Positions 26,071-36,130 of a stretch of 64,000 nucleotides of DNA are shown here, one piece after another (position 1 is the first letter of the stretch; each line of letters opens with the position of its first letter). The stretch lies in NCBI GenBank assembly GCA_036503495.1, contig DASXWV010000101.1:2023-66022 (forward strand). Reading direction: 5' to 3'. Below the pieces are notes generated by a model, which had not been told where the DNA came from, did not search any database, and saw nothing but the letters and a program-made list of their open reading frames with translations. This stretch comes from Gaiellaceae bacterium (GTDB lineage: Bacteria > Actinomycetota > Thermoleophilia > Gaiellales > Gaiellaceae). The position numbers were made by a program, and so were the translations under genes.

Positions 26071-26953
26071 CCTGCGTGTACGCCGGTGCGCTGCCCGTCG
26101 GCGACTCGCCGAGGACGACGCCCGTCGCGCCCTGCGCGTAGGTCGTCCGGACCGTCAGCTTCGCCTGCAGCAGCGCCGCGCGCGCCTCGGCCGCGGTCTT
26201 ACCGGTGACGTCGGGGATCGTCACGTCCGGTCGGCTCGAGCCGACGGCGACGCCGAGCGTCACCGTCTGGCCCGCCTTCGCCTGCGTGCCGGCCGGCGGG
26301 CTCTCCTGCACGATCGAGCCCGGCGTGCCCGCGCCCTCGAGCGGGTCGGTCTCGGCCACGAACCCCGCCGCCTCGACCTGGCCCGCACCGGACGCCATGT
26401 CCTGTCCGGTCACGTCGGGAACCTGCGACGCCGGCGCCGCCGCGGTGGTCGTGGTCTGCGTCGTGGTCGTCGTCTGCGTCGAGGTCTTCGGCGGCGCGAC
26501 GAGACGGCGGCCGTTCGAGACGTGCAGCGTGACGGTCGCGCCTTTCGGGAGCTGCGAGCCGCCGCCCGGCTCCTGCGAAACGACGGTTCCCCGCGGCCGT
26601 CTCGCGGGGCTGCGGATCGCCTTGACGCTGAAGCCGGCGCGCGTTAGGCGGCCGATCGCCGCCTGCTGCGGCAGGCCGACGACCGCCGGGACCGCGCGCT
26701 TCGCGCCGTTCGTGTCGCGGAAGACGAAGAGCCAGACGAGCAGGCCGGCGATCGCGAGAACGCCGAGCAGCGCGAGCCACGGCCAGACGTCGGCGACGAG
26801 CGCGCGCGGCGGCGGCCCCGTCGGCGGCGGCCCGGCCGCGATCTCCTCGTCGCGGATCGCCGCATGGGGCTCGGTGTCGACCGCCTGGAACGCCTGGGTG
26901 TCCTCTTCCACGCCACTCTCCATTCCCGCGCAAGATTCCCTGACACGCGGCAT
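26048..26953 (-). CDS. Membrane-anchored protein with three PASTA domains (no kinase or PBP domain)
   Basis: One TM segment (WPWLALLGVLAIAGLLVWLFVF) followed by three repeats of 'VP.V.G....A...L...G', and a Thr-rich linker 'KTSTQTTTTTQTTTT'. The start may be the ATG at 26923 (MESGVEE). Confidence 0.75.
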   Translation of the reverse strand: MPRVRESCAGMESGVEEDTQAFQAVDTEPHAAIRDEEIAAGPPPTGPPPRALVADVWPWLALLGVLAIAGLLVWLFVFRDTNGAKRAVPAVVGLPQQAAIGRLTRAGFSVKAIRSPARRPRGTVVSQEPGGGSQLPKGATVTLHVSNGRRLVAPPKTSTQTTTTTQTTTTAAAPASQVPDVTGQDMASGAGQVEAAGFVAETDPLEGAGTPGSIVQESPPAGTQAKAGQTVTLGVAVGSSRPDVTIPDVTGKTAAEARAALLQAKLTVRTTYAQGATGVVLGESPTGSAPAYTQVTISVGR

Positions 26954-26964
26954 CTACTAGACGT

Positions 26965-27001
26965 GAGGGTCGGGCGGTGGGCCGCAGCCCGCCCGGCCCT
27001 C
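26965..27001 (-). terminator. 13-bp-stem hairpin downstream of the carbonic anhydrase gene
   Basis: 'gagggtcgggcgg' pairs with 'ccgcccggccctc' (one G-U pair), directly 3' of the stop codon on the minus strand. Confidence 0.4.
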
Positions 27002-27009
27002 AGACTTCT

Positions 27010-27465
27010 TCAGACTTCTTCGACGCGATGAGAGTCGACGTCGTAGACGAAGCCGCGGACCTCGTCGCGGTGCGGCAGGTGCTCGTAAGCGCGCACGGCC
27101 GCGACCGCACCGCGCGCTGCCTCGGCGACGTCGGCGAACGCCCCGCGCAGGAGCTCGGCCGGCAGATCGGCGTCGAGCCGCTCCATCCCGCAGTTCGTGT
27201 GGTGGATCAGCATCACTTCGCGCGTACCGAGCAGGTGCTGGGAGAGCGCGAGCGAGCGGAGGACGTCGTCGGTGACGAGCCCGCCCGCGTTGCGGAGGAC
27301 GTGCGCGTCGCCGGGGGCGATCCCGAGCGCGCGCGGCAGGTCGATGCGCGCGTCCATGCACGTAACGATCGCCAGGCGGCGGGCCGGGTCGCGCTCGATC
27401 GCCGCGGGCACGAGCCCCGCGACGACGCGCCGGTTGTGCTCGAGGACGTCGTCGATGGCGGACAC
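27010..27465 (-). CDS. Beta-class carbonic anhydrase
   Basis: 151-aa protein from the GTG at 27465 (VSAIDDVLEHN). Zinc ligand motifs 'CMDAR' and 'HHTNCG'. Confidence 0.8.
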   Translation of the reverse strand: MSAIDDVLEHNRRVVAGLVPAAIERDPARRLAIVTCMDARIDLPRALGIAPGDAHVLRNAGGLVTDDVLRSLALSQHLLGTREVMLIHHTNCGMERLDADLPAELLRGAFADVAEAARGAVAAVRAYEHLPHRDEVRGFVYDVDSHRVEEV

Positions 27466-27486
27466 GAGGGCGTAGCCTAGGCAAGC

Positions 27487-28302
27487 GTGGCTTCCCGGTG
27501 GCTCCAGCTCGACGGGCAGCGCCTGCACTACCTCGACGAGGGAGAGGGCGCGCCGATCCTGTTGCTGCACGGTGAGCCGACGTGGTCGTACCTCTGGCGC
27601 AACATCGCCCCGCAGCTGCCGGGGCGCAAGATCGCACCCGATCTGATCGGCTTTGGACGGTCGGACAAACCCGAGGATGTCGCCTGGTATTCGTACGACC
27701 GCCACGTCGCGTCGGTCGTCGCGCTCGTCGAGTCGCTCGACCTCCGGGACCTGACGCTCGTCGTGCACGACTGGGGCGGGCCGATCGGGCTGCGGTTCGC
27801 GATCGAGCATCCCGACCGCATCGGCCGCCTCGTCGTGCTGAACACCGCGATCGGCGGCGGGCGCGCGCCGTCCGAGCTCTGGCTGCGCTTCCGCGAGGTC
27901 GTGCGCGAGACCGGCGACGCGCTCGACATCGGACGCCTCGTCGAAGCGGGAACGTCGCAGGGGCTCTCCGCGGAGGTGCGGGCAGCGTACGACGGCTGTT
28001 TCCCGACGCCGGCGTCAAAGGCGGGCGTGCTCGCCTTTCCCGAGCTCGTGCCCGCCGAGCCGGAGCACCCGAACACGGAGCCGATGAACCGCGTCGCCGA
28101 GGCGCTGCGAAGCTTCGAGAGGCCGGCGCTCGTCGTCTGGGGAGCGGACGACCGCATCCTGCCGCCGCGTGTCGCGGAGTTCTTCGTCTCGCTCCTGCCG
28201 GATGCCGAGGGCCCGGTCCTAATCGAGGGTGCGTCACACTTCCTGCAGGAGGACCGGCCGGACGCGGTCGCCGCAGCGATCAATGCGTTTCTCGCGCGAT
28301 AG
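27487..28302 (+). CDS. Haloalkane dehalogenase-type alpha/beta hydrolase
   Basis: 271-aa ORF with 'HGEPTWSYLWR', the nucleophile elbow 'HDWGG', and a C-terminal 'ASHFLQED'. Confidence 0.8.
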   Translation: MASRWLQLDGQRLHYLDEGEGAPILLLHGEPTWSYLWRNIAPQLPGRKIAPDLIGFGRSDKPEDVAWYSYDRHVASVVALVESLDLRDLTLVVHDWGGPIGLRFAIEHPDRIGRLVVLNTAIGGGRAPSELWLRFREVVRETGDALDIGRLVEAGTSQGLSAEVRAAYDGCFPTPASKAGVLAFPELVPAEPEHPNTEPMNRVAEALRSFERPALVVWGADDRILPPRVAEFFVSLLPDAEGPVLIEGASHFLQEDRPDAVAAAINAFLAR

Positions 28303-29974
28303 GAACACCCTCGTTGCGCTCGCCCTCGGCGGCGGGCTGACGGTCATCTATTTCCTCGTTCCGCACGGCGCGGCGAAGAACAGCATCTACGGCGTCGTCG
28401 GCTTCGCCGCGGCGGTCGCGATCGCGTTGGGCGTCCGCGTCAACCGGCCGCCGCTCGCACTGCCGTGGCTCCTGTTCGCCGCGGGGAATCTCCTGTTCGC
28501 GATCGGCGACGACGTGGGCGCCGGCTTCTGGGGGGGCAGCCCGCCCGTCCCGTCGATCGCGGACGCGTTCTATCTGGCGGGCTATCCGCTCCTCGCCGCC
28601 GGGCTGCTCGTCCTGATGTTCTCGTCGGGCAGACACCGTCGCGGCGCCGCGCTCGCCGATGCCGCGATCGTCACGTTCGGCTTCCTGCTCGTGCAGTGGG
28701 TGTTCCTGCTCGACGGCATCCTCGCGAGCTCGGAGAAGACGTCGACGATCGCCGTCAACGCGGCGTACCCGTTGATGGACCTGATCCTGCTGGCGGGCCT
28801 CGCGGGCTTCTTCGTCACGGCGGCGTGGCGGACGCCGTCGTTCGTGATGCTGATGGCGAGCGTCGTGCTCCTGCTCGTGGCCGACGAGGTGTTTGCGCTG
28901 GGCGCGTACGAGCCCGGCGAATGGATCGACGGAGGCTGGGTGCTCTCGTACACGTAGTGGGTGGCCGCAGCGCTGCATCCGTCGATGCGCGAGCTGTCGC
29001 GCCCGGTTCGCCGCGCTGCGAGTCGGCTGCGCGTCGGCGCCGGCCGGGTCGTCGTGTTGACGGCCGCGCTGCTCGCGCCGCCGGCGGTGCTCCTCGTGCA
29101 GCACCTCCGCGCTGCGCCGCTGCACATTCCCGCGGTCGTCGCCGCGGCGTCGGTCATCTCGGTCCTCGTTGTGCTGCGGCTCGTCGGGATCCTGCGCGCG
29201 CTCGAGGGGATTCGGGTGCGCGAGCGCGCGGCGAGGGCGGACGCCGAGCAGGCGCAGCGGCTGCTCGCTGCGCAGAACGAGCGGCTCGTCGAAGCCGACC
29301 GGTTGAAGGACGAGTTCGTCGCGCTGATCTCGCACGACCTGCGAACTCCCCTCACCTCGATCATGGGTTATGTCGAGCTGGCGCTCGACGACCCGCTGCC
29401 GGACGAGACGCGTTCCTATCTCGAGGTCGTGTCGCGCAGCTCGAACCGTTTGCTCCGCCTCGTCGACGACCTTCTGTTCGTCGCGCGCCTGCAGTCGGGA
29501 CGGCTGGAGCTGACGCCGTCGCGGCTCGAGCTCAACGAGATCGCGCAGCAGTCCGCGGAGGAGGCGCGCGGGCGCGCTGACGCGAAGGACCTCGAGCTCG
29601 TCGTCAACGCGAACGGGCCGGTGCCGGTGGACGGCGATCGCGGGCGGATCTTCCAGCTGCTCGACAACCTGATCTCGAACGCGATCAAGTTCACGCCCGA
29701 CGGCGGCCGCGTCGAGATCAACGTCGCAGCCGAGGGCGTCGCGCGCCTCGAGGTGTGCGACACGGGCATCGGCTTCAGCGACCGCGAGGCGGCGCGTGTG
29801 TTCGAGCGCTTCTACCGCACCGATCGCGCCGTCGAGCGACAGGTTCCCGGCACGGGCCTCGGCCTGTTCATCGCGCATGCGATCACCGAGGCGCACGGCG
29901 GCCGCATCTCGGCGCATCCCCGGTCCGGCGGCGGCGCGCTCTTCCGGGTGGAGCTACCGTTGGCCGCCGAATGA
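28283..29974 (+). pseudogene. Multi-TM sensor histidine kinase interrupted by an in-frame TAG at 28955..28957
   Basis: Track ORFs 28229..28957 and 28961..29974 are in the same frame, separated only by 'tac acg TAG tgg gtg' (..WVLSYT*WVAAALHPSM..). The upstream part has 6 or more TM helices. The downstream part has 2 TM segments, HisKA 'SHDLRTPLTSI', and HATPase 'DTGIGF' and 'GTGLGLFIA'. Confidence 0.7.
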
Positions 29975-30351
29975 GCGATGTGGTACTGGTCGCGGACGAC
30001 GACGAGGACATCCTGCTTCTCGTGACGACGCGGTTGAAGCGCGACGGCTACGAGGTCGTGGCCGCACGGAACGGCATCGAGGCGCTCGCGCTCGCACACC
30101 AGCACGCACCGACAGTCGCCGTGCTCGACGTCGGCATGCCGGGCCTCGACGGGATCGAGGTGCTGACGGCGATCCGGGCCGCGGAGTCACTCGCGCACAC
30201 ACGTGTCCTGCTGCTGACGGCGAAGGCGCAGGAGTCGGACGTGCGGCGCGGCTACGACGCCGGCGCCGACGCGTATGTCAAGAAGCCGTTCTCGCCCGCC
30301 GAGCTCGCGACGCGCGTCCGCGAGCTCTATGACGCAGCCGGCGCCTTGTAG
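29971..30351 (+). CDS. Single-domain (CheY-like) response regulator
   Basis: ATGA overlap with the kinase stop. 126 aa with 'VLVADDDEDI', 'VAVLDVGMPGLDG', 'LLTAK', 'DAYVKKPF'. Confidence 0.85.
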   Translation: MSDVVLVADDDEDILLLVTTRLKRDGYEVVAARNGIEALALAHQHAPTVAVLDVGMPGLDGIEVLTAIRAAESLAHTRVLLLTAKAQESDVRRGYDAGADAYVKKPFSPAELATRVRELYDAAGAL

Positions 30352-31028
30352 CGGTAGCCGAAGCCGCGCACGGTCTCGATCGGCACCGAGTTCGGCGCGT
30401 CCGGTGCGAGCTTGCGTCGCAGGTAGCCGACGTACAGCTTCACCTGGTCGCCGCCGACGCCGAACGCGTCGCCCCAGACGAGCTCGAGCAGCTGGTCGCG
30501 GCTCAGCACCTGCCGCGGATGGCGGACGAACGTGGAGAGCAGCCGGAACTCGAGCGGCGTCAGCTGCACCTCGCGCCGGCCGACGGTGACGCGCGCCTGC
30601 GCCCAGTCGATCGACAGGTACGCGTCGGCGTAGGTCTCGCTCTCCTCCTGCGCCGAGCCGCGCGAAGCGCGCCGGAGCAGCGCCTGGACGCGCGCGACGA
30701 GCTCCTGCTTGCCGAACGGCTTGACGACGTAGTCGTCGGCGCCGGCCTGCAGGCCGCGGACGCGCTCGAGCTCGTCGCCGCGGGCGGTCAGCATCAGCAC
30801 GGGCACCTCGGACATGTCCCGGATGCGCTCGAGCACGTTCCAGCCGTCCATCTCCGGCATCGACACGTCGAGAACGACCACGTCGGGGCGCCAGGCATGG
30901 AACTCCCGCAGGCCTTCGCGGCCGTTCGGCGCCTCGTGCACCTCGGCCCCGGTCCGCTCCAGCAGCGTCCGCACGAGACCGCGGATGTCGTCGTCGTCGT
31001 CGACGACGAGGATGCGGGAAGCGGTCAT
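30327..31028 (-). CDS. OmpR-family response regulator
   Basis: 233-aa protein from the ATG at 31028 (MTASRILVVDDDDD). 'VVLDVSMPEMDG', 'DDYVVKPF', and the winged-helix 'TVRGFGYRY'. Confidence 0.9.
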   Translation of the reverse strand: MTASRILVVDDDDDIRGLVRTLLERTGAEVHEAPNGREGLREFHAWRPDVVVLDVSMPEMDGWNVLERIRDMSEVPVLMLTARGDELERVRGLQAGADDYVVKPFGKQELVARVQALLRRASRGSAQEESETYADAYLSIDWAQARVTVGRREVQLTPLEFRLLSTFVRHPRQVLSRDQLLELVWGDAFGVGGDQVKLYVGYLRRKLAPDAPNSVPIETVRGFGYRYKAPAAS

Positions 31029-31086
31029 ACGCTTTTCATACCACGGGCATCCGTCGTTCCCGCGCGATCCCGCGATTCTTCCCTTC

Positions 31087-31455
31087 GTGGCGACCGTGCT
31101 GATCGTGGACCCCGACCCGTCGACGCGGTCGCTACTCGAGCTCCTGCTCCTGCGGCTCGGCCACCGGCCGATCGGCCCGCGCGAGTGGGTCGAGGGGGAG
31201 GAGCCCGACGTACTCCTGCTGGAACCGGCGTCCCGCCCGGGCATGCGCCTCGCCCGCGGCGTGCGGCGCCGGTTCCAGAATCTGCCGATTCTCTGCGTGA
31301 GCATCGACGGCCCGAATCGCGACACCCGCGAGCTCGGCCCCGTCGCCCATGTGATGAAGCCGTTCCGCCGATCGCAGCTCGAGGCGGCGCTCGAGCGGGC
31401 GCTCATCCCGGCGGCGGACGTCCAGCCGGCCGAGCCGGCCCGGCAGACCGCCTGA
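31087..31455 (+). CDS. Receiver-like (pseudo-receiver) domain protein
   Basis: 122-aa ORF from the GTG at 31087. 'VLIVDPDPSTRSLLELLL' and 'DVLLLEP' show Glu where the phospho-acceptor Asp is expected, and 'HVMKPF' is present. Composition is acceptable but the family signal is weak. Confidence 0.45.
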   Translation: MATVLIVDPDPSTRSLLELLLLRLGHRPIGPREWVEGEEPDVLLLEPASRPGMRLARGVRRRFQNLPILCVSIDGPNRDTRELGPVAHVMKPFRRSQLEAALERALIPAADVQPAEPARQTA

Positions 31456-31504
31456 GCCGGGCGCGGCTCCCCGACGCGCCCGGCTCCGGCCGTTTCCTGC
31501 GCTC

Positions 31505-32008
31505 CTAGGCCCTGACGCCCTGCTTCTGGGCCTGCTTCACCGTCGCCTTCAGAACCTCGCCGAGCGTGTGCTGCTCCTGCTCGAGGTTCTCCTGGAGGAG
31601 GGCGACGATGTCCTCGTGGCCCATGGCGTTCGCGTGGACGATCAGGTTCTCGTAGACGGCGATCTCGTGGTGCTCCGTCTCGGCGGCGCCGGCGAGGATC
31701 ACGGCGTCGTTCAGCTCGTCCGCCGTCATCTTCAGATTTGCCTCGCCTTCCTTCTCGATCCCTTCGATCGCCGGGCACGGGCGCTCGTCGGGCTCCATGC
31801 CGAGGCTCTGGAACGCCTGGCGCAGGTTGCGGATCTGGGCCTGCGTCTCCTCGCGGTGGTGCCGCAGCTGCTGCTTCAGCTCGGAGTCGTTCGCCGCCTC
31901 GATGAGCTCGCCGAGCATCCCCTCGACGGTGTTCTCCATCGTCAGCGCGGCGCCGAGACTGTGGACGAAGAGCTCCTTGGGCGACTCGATCTTCGCCCGG
32001 TTCAGCAT
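31505..32008 (-). CDS. DUF892 (YciE/YciF-like) ferritin-like protein
   Basis: 167-aa protein from the ATG at 32008, or from the GTG 12 nt upstream. Four-helix pattern with 'TVEGMLGELIEAA', 'HHREETQ.QI.NL' and 'ETEHHEIAVYE'. Confidence 0.8.
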   Translation of the reverse strand: MLNRAKIESPKELFVHSLGAALTMENTVEGMLGELIEAANDSELKQQLRHHREETQAQIRNLRQAFQSLGMEPDERPCPAIEGIEKEGEANLKMTADELNDAVILAGAAETEHHEIAVYENLIVHANAMGHEDIVALLQENLEQEQHTLGEVLKATVKQAQKQGVRA

Positions 32009-32084
32009 GTCGTCAAGCACGCGGTACCCCTTCCCCTCGTATGGTTGCGTTTGGTCGACGCCTACCCGGGACACTCGGATTTCA

Positions 32085-32366
32085 ATGCTCAAGATCACCG
32101 ATCAAGCCGCAGAGGCGATCGCCGGCATCTGCGCCGACGGCGAGGCCGGCGCCGACGGCGGCCTGCGGATCTCCGGGACGACATCGAACGGCGAGACGGC
32201 GCTCGACTTCGAGGTCGTGTCGGCTCAGCCAGACGGGGACACGGTCGTGCGCGAACGCGGCGCCGTCCTGTTCCTCGACGAGACGGCGTCAGCCGTGCTC
32301 GACGACAAGACGCTCGACGTGCACGCGCACGGCGACCACTTCCACTTCTCGATCGACGAGCAGTAA
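32085..32366 (+). CDS. HesB/IscA-like small protein
   Basis: 93 aa with 'MLKITDQAAEAI', 'GLRIS', and 'LFLD..SA..LDDKTLD'. It lacks the C-terminal Cys cluster of true IscA. Confidence 0.65.
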   Translation: MLKITDQAAEAIAGICADGEAGADGGLRISGTTSNGETALDFEVVSAQPDGDTVVRERGAVLFLDETASAVLDDKTLDVHAHGDHFHFSIDEQ

Positions 32367-32369
32367 CGA

Positions 32370-33359
32370 TCAGTCGATCGTCCAGGTTTCGCCGCTGTGC
32401 AACAGCGCTGCGAGATCTCCGGCACCGCGCTTCTCGACCGCGGCCGTGAGCTGCTCGGCCATCAGGTCGTCGTAGACCGGCCGCTCCACGCTACGGAACA
32501 CGCCGACCGGGGTGCCGTTGTGCCGCTCCTGCGTCACGCGCGACAGCGCGAAGGCGAGCGAAGGTGTCGGGTGCGACGCGTCGTGCACGAGCACGCCGGG
32601 ATCGCCCGCCTCGCACACTTCGATCGATCCGTCGGCGCGCTGCCTCAGGCCTTTCTCGTGGTCGGCGCCCCAGAGGATCGGCTCGCCGTCGCGCAGGAGG
32701 ATCCGGTTGACGCCCTCCTTGTCGTCGCGCACGAACTGCCACGCGTCGTCGTTGAAGATCGGGCAGTTCTGGAAGATCTCGACGAACGCGCTGCCGCGAT
32801 GCTGCGCCGCGGCGCGCAGGACGTCGCTCATCCCGGCCTTGTCGGTGTCGATCGCGCGCGCGACGAACGTCGCCTCGGCGCCGATCGCGAGCGAGAGTGG
32901 GTTGAACGGCCAGTCCAGCGAGCCCATCGGGGTCGACTTCGTCACCTTGCCGAGCTCGCTCGTCGGCGAGTACTGGCCCTTGGTCAGCCCGTAGATCTTG
33001 TTGTTGAAGAGGAGGATCTTCAGATTGACGTTGCGGCGCAGCGCGTGGATGAGGTGGTTGCCGCCGATCGACAGCGCGTCGCCGTCGCCCGTCACGACCC
33101 ACACGCTTAGATCCGGGCGCGACACCGCGAGACCGGTCGAGATCGCGGGCGCGCGGCCGTGGATCGAGTGCATGCCGTACGTGTTCATGTAGTACGGGAA
33201 GCGCGCTGCGCAGCCGATCCCGCTGACGAACACCATGTTCTCGCGCTCGAGACCGAGCTCCGGCATGAACGACTGGATCGCCGCGAGGATCGCGTAGTCG
33301 CCGCAGCCCGGGCACCAGCGGACTTCCTGGTCGGTCTTGAAATCCTTCATCGTGCTCAT
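32370..33359 (-). CDS. korB: 2-oxoglutarate:ferredoxin oxidoreductase subunit beta
   Basis: 329-aa protein from the ATG at 33359 ([22 protein letters not shown]). TPP-binding motif '[12 protein letters not shown]'. Confidence 0.9.
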   Translation of the reverse strand: MSTMKDFKTDQEVRWCPGCGDYAILAAIQSFMPELGLERENMVFVSGIGCAARFPYYMNTYGMHSIHGRAPAISTGLAVSRPDLSVWVVTGDGDALSIGGNHLIHALRRNVNLKILLFNNKIYGLTKGQYSPTSELGKVTKSTPMGSLDWPFNPLSLAIGAEATFVARAIDTDKAGMSDVLRAAAQHRGSAFVEIFQNCPIFNDDAWQFVRDDKEGVNRILLRDGEPILWGADHEKGLRQRADGSIEVCEAGDPGVLVHDASHPTPSLAFALSRVTQERHNGTPVGVFRSVERPVYDDLMAEQLTAAVEKRGAGDLAALLHSGETWTID

Positions 33360-35212
33360 TGATCCACCATCGCTTCGATCGCCTCCGCCACCTCGGCGGC
33401 GCGCAGCGGCACACCGCGAACGCGGTTGTAGCCGACGGCGTCGACGAGGAACTCCGCCCGGACGAGCTTCAGCAGCTGACCGAGGTTCATCTCGGGGATC
33501 AGCACCTTCTCGTAGCGGCGCACGATCTCGCCGGTGTTGCGCGGGAAGGGGTTGAGATAGCGCAGGTGCGCATGCGCGACCGAGCGGCCGCTGCGGCGCA
33601 CGCGGCGCACGCCGGCCGCGATCGGGCCGTACGTGCCGCCCCACCCGAGCACGAGCACGCGCGCGTCGCCGTCCGGATCGTCGACCTCGAGCTCAGGGAC
33701 GTCGCCGGCGATCCCGGCGACCTTCTGTGCGCGCAGCCGCGACATCAGATCGTGGTTCTCGGGGTCGTACGAGATGTTGCCCGTGCGGTCGGCCTTCTCG
33801 AGGCCGCCGACGCGGTGCTCCAGCCCCTTCGTCCCCGGCACCGCCCACGGCCGCGCGAGCGTCTGCTCGTCGCGCAGGTAGGGGAGGTACGTCCCGTCGT
33901 CGGCGTTCGGCGCGGTCGCGAACGACGTCGAGATGTCGGGCAGCGCCTCGACGTCGGGCAGCAGCCACGGCTCCGACCCGTTCGCGAGGTACGCGTCACT
34001 GAGCAGGTACACAGGCGTGCGGTACTTGAGCGCGATCCGGCACGCCTCGATCGCAGCGTCGAAGCAGTCGCTCGGCGACGAGGCGGCGATGACGGGCACA
34101 GGCGACTCGCCGTTCCGGCCGAACATCACCATCAGCAGGTCCGTCTGCTCCGGTTTCGTCGGCATCCCGGTCGACGGGCCGGCGCGCTGGATGTCGCAGA
34201 TGACGAGCGGCAGCTCGAGCATGATCGCGAGCCCGATCGTCTCGGCCTTCAGGACGACGCCGGGGCCGGCGGACGTCGTCACCCCGAGCATCCCGCCGAA
34301 CGACGCGCCGACCGCGGCGCCGGCGGCCGCGATCTCGTCCTCCGCCTGGAACGTGCGCACGCCGAAGTGCTTGTACGAGGCGAGCTCCTCGAGGATCGCG
34401 GACGCGGGAGTGATCGGGTAGGCGCCGAGGAAGAGCGGCAGCCCGGACAGCTTCGACGCGGCGACGAGGCCCATCGAGAGCGCCTGGTTGCCGGTGATGT
34501 TGCGGTACGTGCCGGGCGCTAGCTTCGCCGGCTTCACCTCGTAGGTGACGGCGAAGGTCTCGGTCGTCTCGCCGAACGCGTAGCCCGCCTGCAGCGCCTT
34601 GATGTTCGCGTCCGCGATCTCCGGACGCTTCGCGCGGAACTTCGCGTTGAGGAAATCGACCGTCGGCTCGATCGGGCGGCCGTACAGCCAGGACATCAGG
34701 CCGAGCGCGAACATGTTCTTCGATCGCTCCGCCTCCCGGGGCGTCACGCCGTCGATCTCCTTGAGCGCACCGACGGTCAGCGTCGTCAGCGGCACCTTGT
34801 GCACCTGGTACTCGTCGAGCGAGCCGTCCTCGAGCGGGTTCTCCGCGTAGCCCGCCTTCTGCAGGTTGCGGTCCTTGAAGGCGTCGGCGTCGACGATCAG
34901 CGTCCCGCCGTTCGGCAGGTCCTTGATGTTCGTCTTCAGCGCAGCGGGGTTCATCGCCACGAGCACGTTCGGCGCGTCGCCCGGCGTGAGGATGTCGTGG
35001 TCGGCGAAGTGGAGCTGGAAGCCCGAGACACCCGGCAGCGAGCCGGCCGGCGCGCGGATCTCCGCCGGGAAGTCCGGCAGCGTCGAGATGTCGTTCCCGA
35101 GCAGCGCCGTCTCCGACGTGAACTGGGAGCCGGTCAGCTGCATGCCGTCGCCGGAATCGCCCGCGAAGCGGACGATCACCTGGGACAGCTGCTCGACTGG
35201 CTTGCTCGACAC
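33356..35212 (-). CDS. korA: 2-oxoglutarate:ferredoxin oxidoreductase subunit alpha
   Basis: 618-aa ORF with an ATGA overlap with korB. '[10 protein letters not shown]', 'YPITPAS' and other pyruvate/2-oxoacid:ferredoxin oxidoreductase alpha/gamma motifs. Confidence 0.9.
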   Translation of the reverse strand: MSSKPVEQLSQVIVRFAGDSGDGMQLTGSQFTSETALLGNDISTLPDFPAEIRAPAGSLPGVSGFQLHFADHDILTPGDAPNVLVAMNPAALKTNIKDLPNGGTLIVDADAFKDRNLQKAGYAENPLEDGSLDEYQVHKVPLTTLTVGALKEIDGVTPREAERSKNMFALGLMSWLYGRPIEPTVDFLNAKFRAKRPEIADANIKALQAGYAFGETTETFAVTYEVKPAKLAPGTYRNITGNQALSMGLVAASKLSGLPLFLGAYPITPASAILEELASYKHFGVRTFQAEDEIAAAGAAVGASFGGMLGVTTSAGPGVVLKAETIGLAIMLELPLVICDIQRAGPSTGMPTKPEQTDLLMVMFGRNGESPVPVIAASSPSDCFDAAIEACRIALKYRTPVYLLSDAYLANGSEPWLLPDVEALPDISTSFATAPNADDGTYLPYLRDEQTLARPWAVPGTKGLEHRVGGLEKADRTGNISYDPENHDLMSRLRAQKVAGIAGDVPELEVDDPDGDARVLVLGWGGTYGPIAAGVRRVRRSGRSVAHAHLRYLNPFPRNTGEIVRRYEKVLIPEMNLGQLLKLVRAEFLVDAVGYNRVRGVPLRAAEVAEAIEAMVDQ

Positions 35213-35237
35213 GGCTTTCTCCCTGTATAGCGGAAGG

Positions 35238-36122
35238 TCAGACGGTCAGGAACAGGGGATTCCCCGACGGGTCCTCGACGGCGATGCCGCCGTCCTCCAC
35301 TTCGACGCCGAGCCGCCCGGCGACGCGCTCGAGCTCTTGCTCGTCGGGGACGAGGATCGTCGCCCGCAGGAGCCGCGCGGTGCCCGCCGGCGCCTTGGCG
35401 GCGCCGCGGCTCTCCCAGGTGTTCGCGCCGACGTGGTGGTGGTAGCCGCCCGCGGCGAGGAACGCGGCCATCGGCCCGAGCTGCGCCATCAGCTCGAGAC
35501 CGAGCTCGTCGACGAAGAACCGGACGGTCGACTCGACGTCGGAGACGCAGAGGTGCGTGTGCCCGACGACCGTCCCCGCCGGCAATTCGCACGTGGGGCT
35601 GGAAGCGTCGTCGGCCGAGCCGCCGACGCCCGGCCCGGAAACTGCGCCTCCGGCGGTTGGGGGCTCGTCGAGCTCCTCGAAGAGCGAGCCGACGTCGAGC
35701 GGCCGTGTCGTCATCAGCTCGCGGACACGGCCGTCCCACTGCTCCCGCGGCCGGTCGGCGTAGATCTCGATCCCGTGCTCGTCGGGGTCGCGGAGGTAGA
35801 TCGCCTCGCTGACCGCGTGGTCGGACAGCCCTTCGAGGCCGATCTGCGCCTGCCCGGCGTGCGCGAGCCAGCGGGCGAGGTCGCGCCGCTCCGGCACGAG
35901 GAGCGCGACGTGGTACAGGCCGGCGTAGCCGCGTGCAGAGCGTGCGCCGGGCTCCTCGACGAACCGGATCAGCTCGCGGGAGCCGGCGCCGAGCGATGCG
36001 CGGCCGTCGTCTCGCGAGAGCAGGCCGAGCCCGACCGTGTTCTGCCAGTAGTCGAGCGACCGCTCGAGGTCGGAGACCGACAGCTCGACCGGGCCCATAC
36101 GCGTCGCTGCGGCGATCTCCAT
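35238..36122 (-). CDS. VOC-family protein (two glyoxalase/extradiol-dioxygenase-like modules)
   Basis: 294-aa protein from the ATG at 36122. 'LYHVALLVP', '[19 protein letters not shown]', and a second module 'HTHLCVSD' and 'GGYHHHVG.N'. Confidence 0.8.
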   Translation of the reverse strand: MEIAAATRMGPVELSVSDLERSLDYWQNTVGLGLLSRDDGRASLGAGSRELIRFVEEPGARSARGYAGLYHVALLVPERRDLARWLAHAGQAQIGLEGLSDHAVSEAIYLRDPDEHGIEIYADRPREQWDGRVRELMTTRPLDVGSLFEELDEPPTAGGAVSGPGVGGSADDASSPTCELPAGTVVGHTHLCVSDVESTVRFFVDELGLELMAQLGPMAAFLAAGGYHHHVGANTWESRGAAKAPAGTARLLRATILVPDEQELERVAGRLGVEVEDGGIAVEDPSGNPLFLTV

Positions 36123-36130
36123 CCGTTCGA

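Noticed and set aside
28955-28957. The in-frame TAG in the sensor kinase as a pyrrolysine or other recoded codon.
   Set aside because: There is no pyl gene context and no PYLIS-like rationale. The lineage is not known for Pyl. TAG is used as an ordinary stop by neighbouring genes (for example fadB at 45735..45737 and proC at 41269..41271). A nonsense mutation or sequencing error is far more likely.
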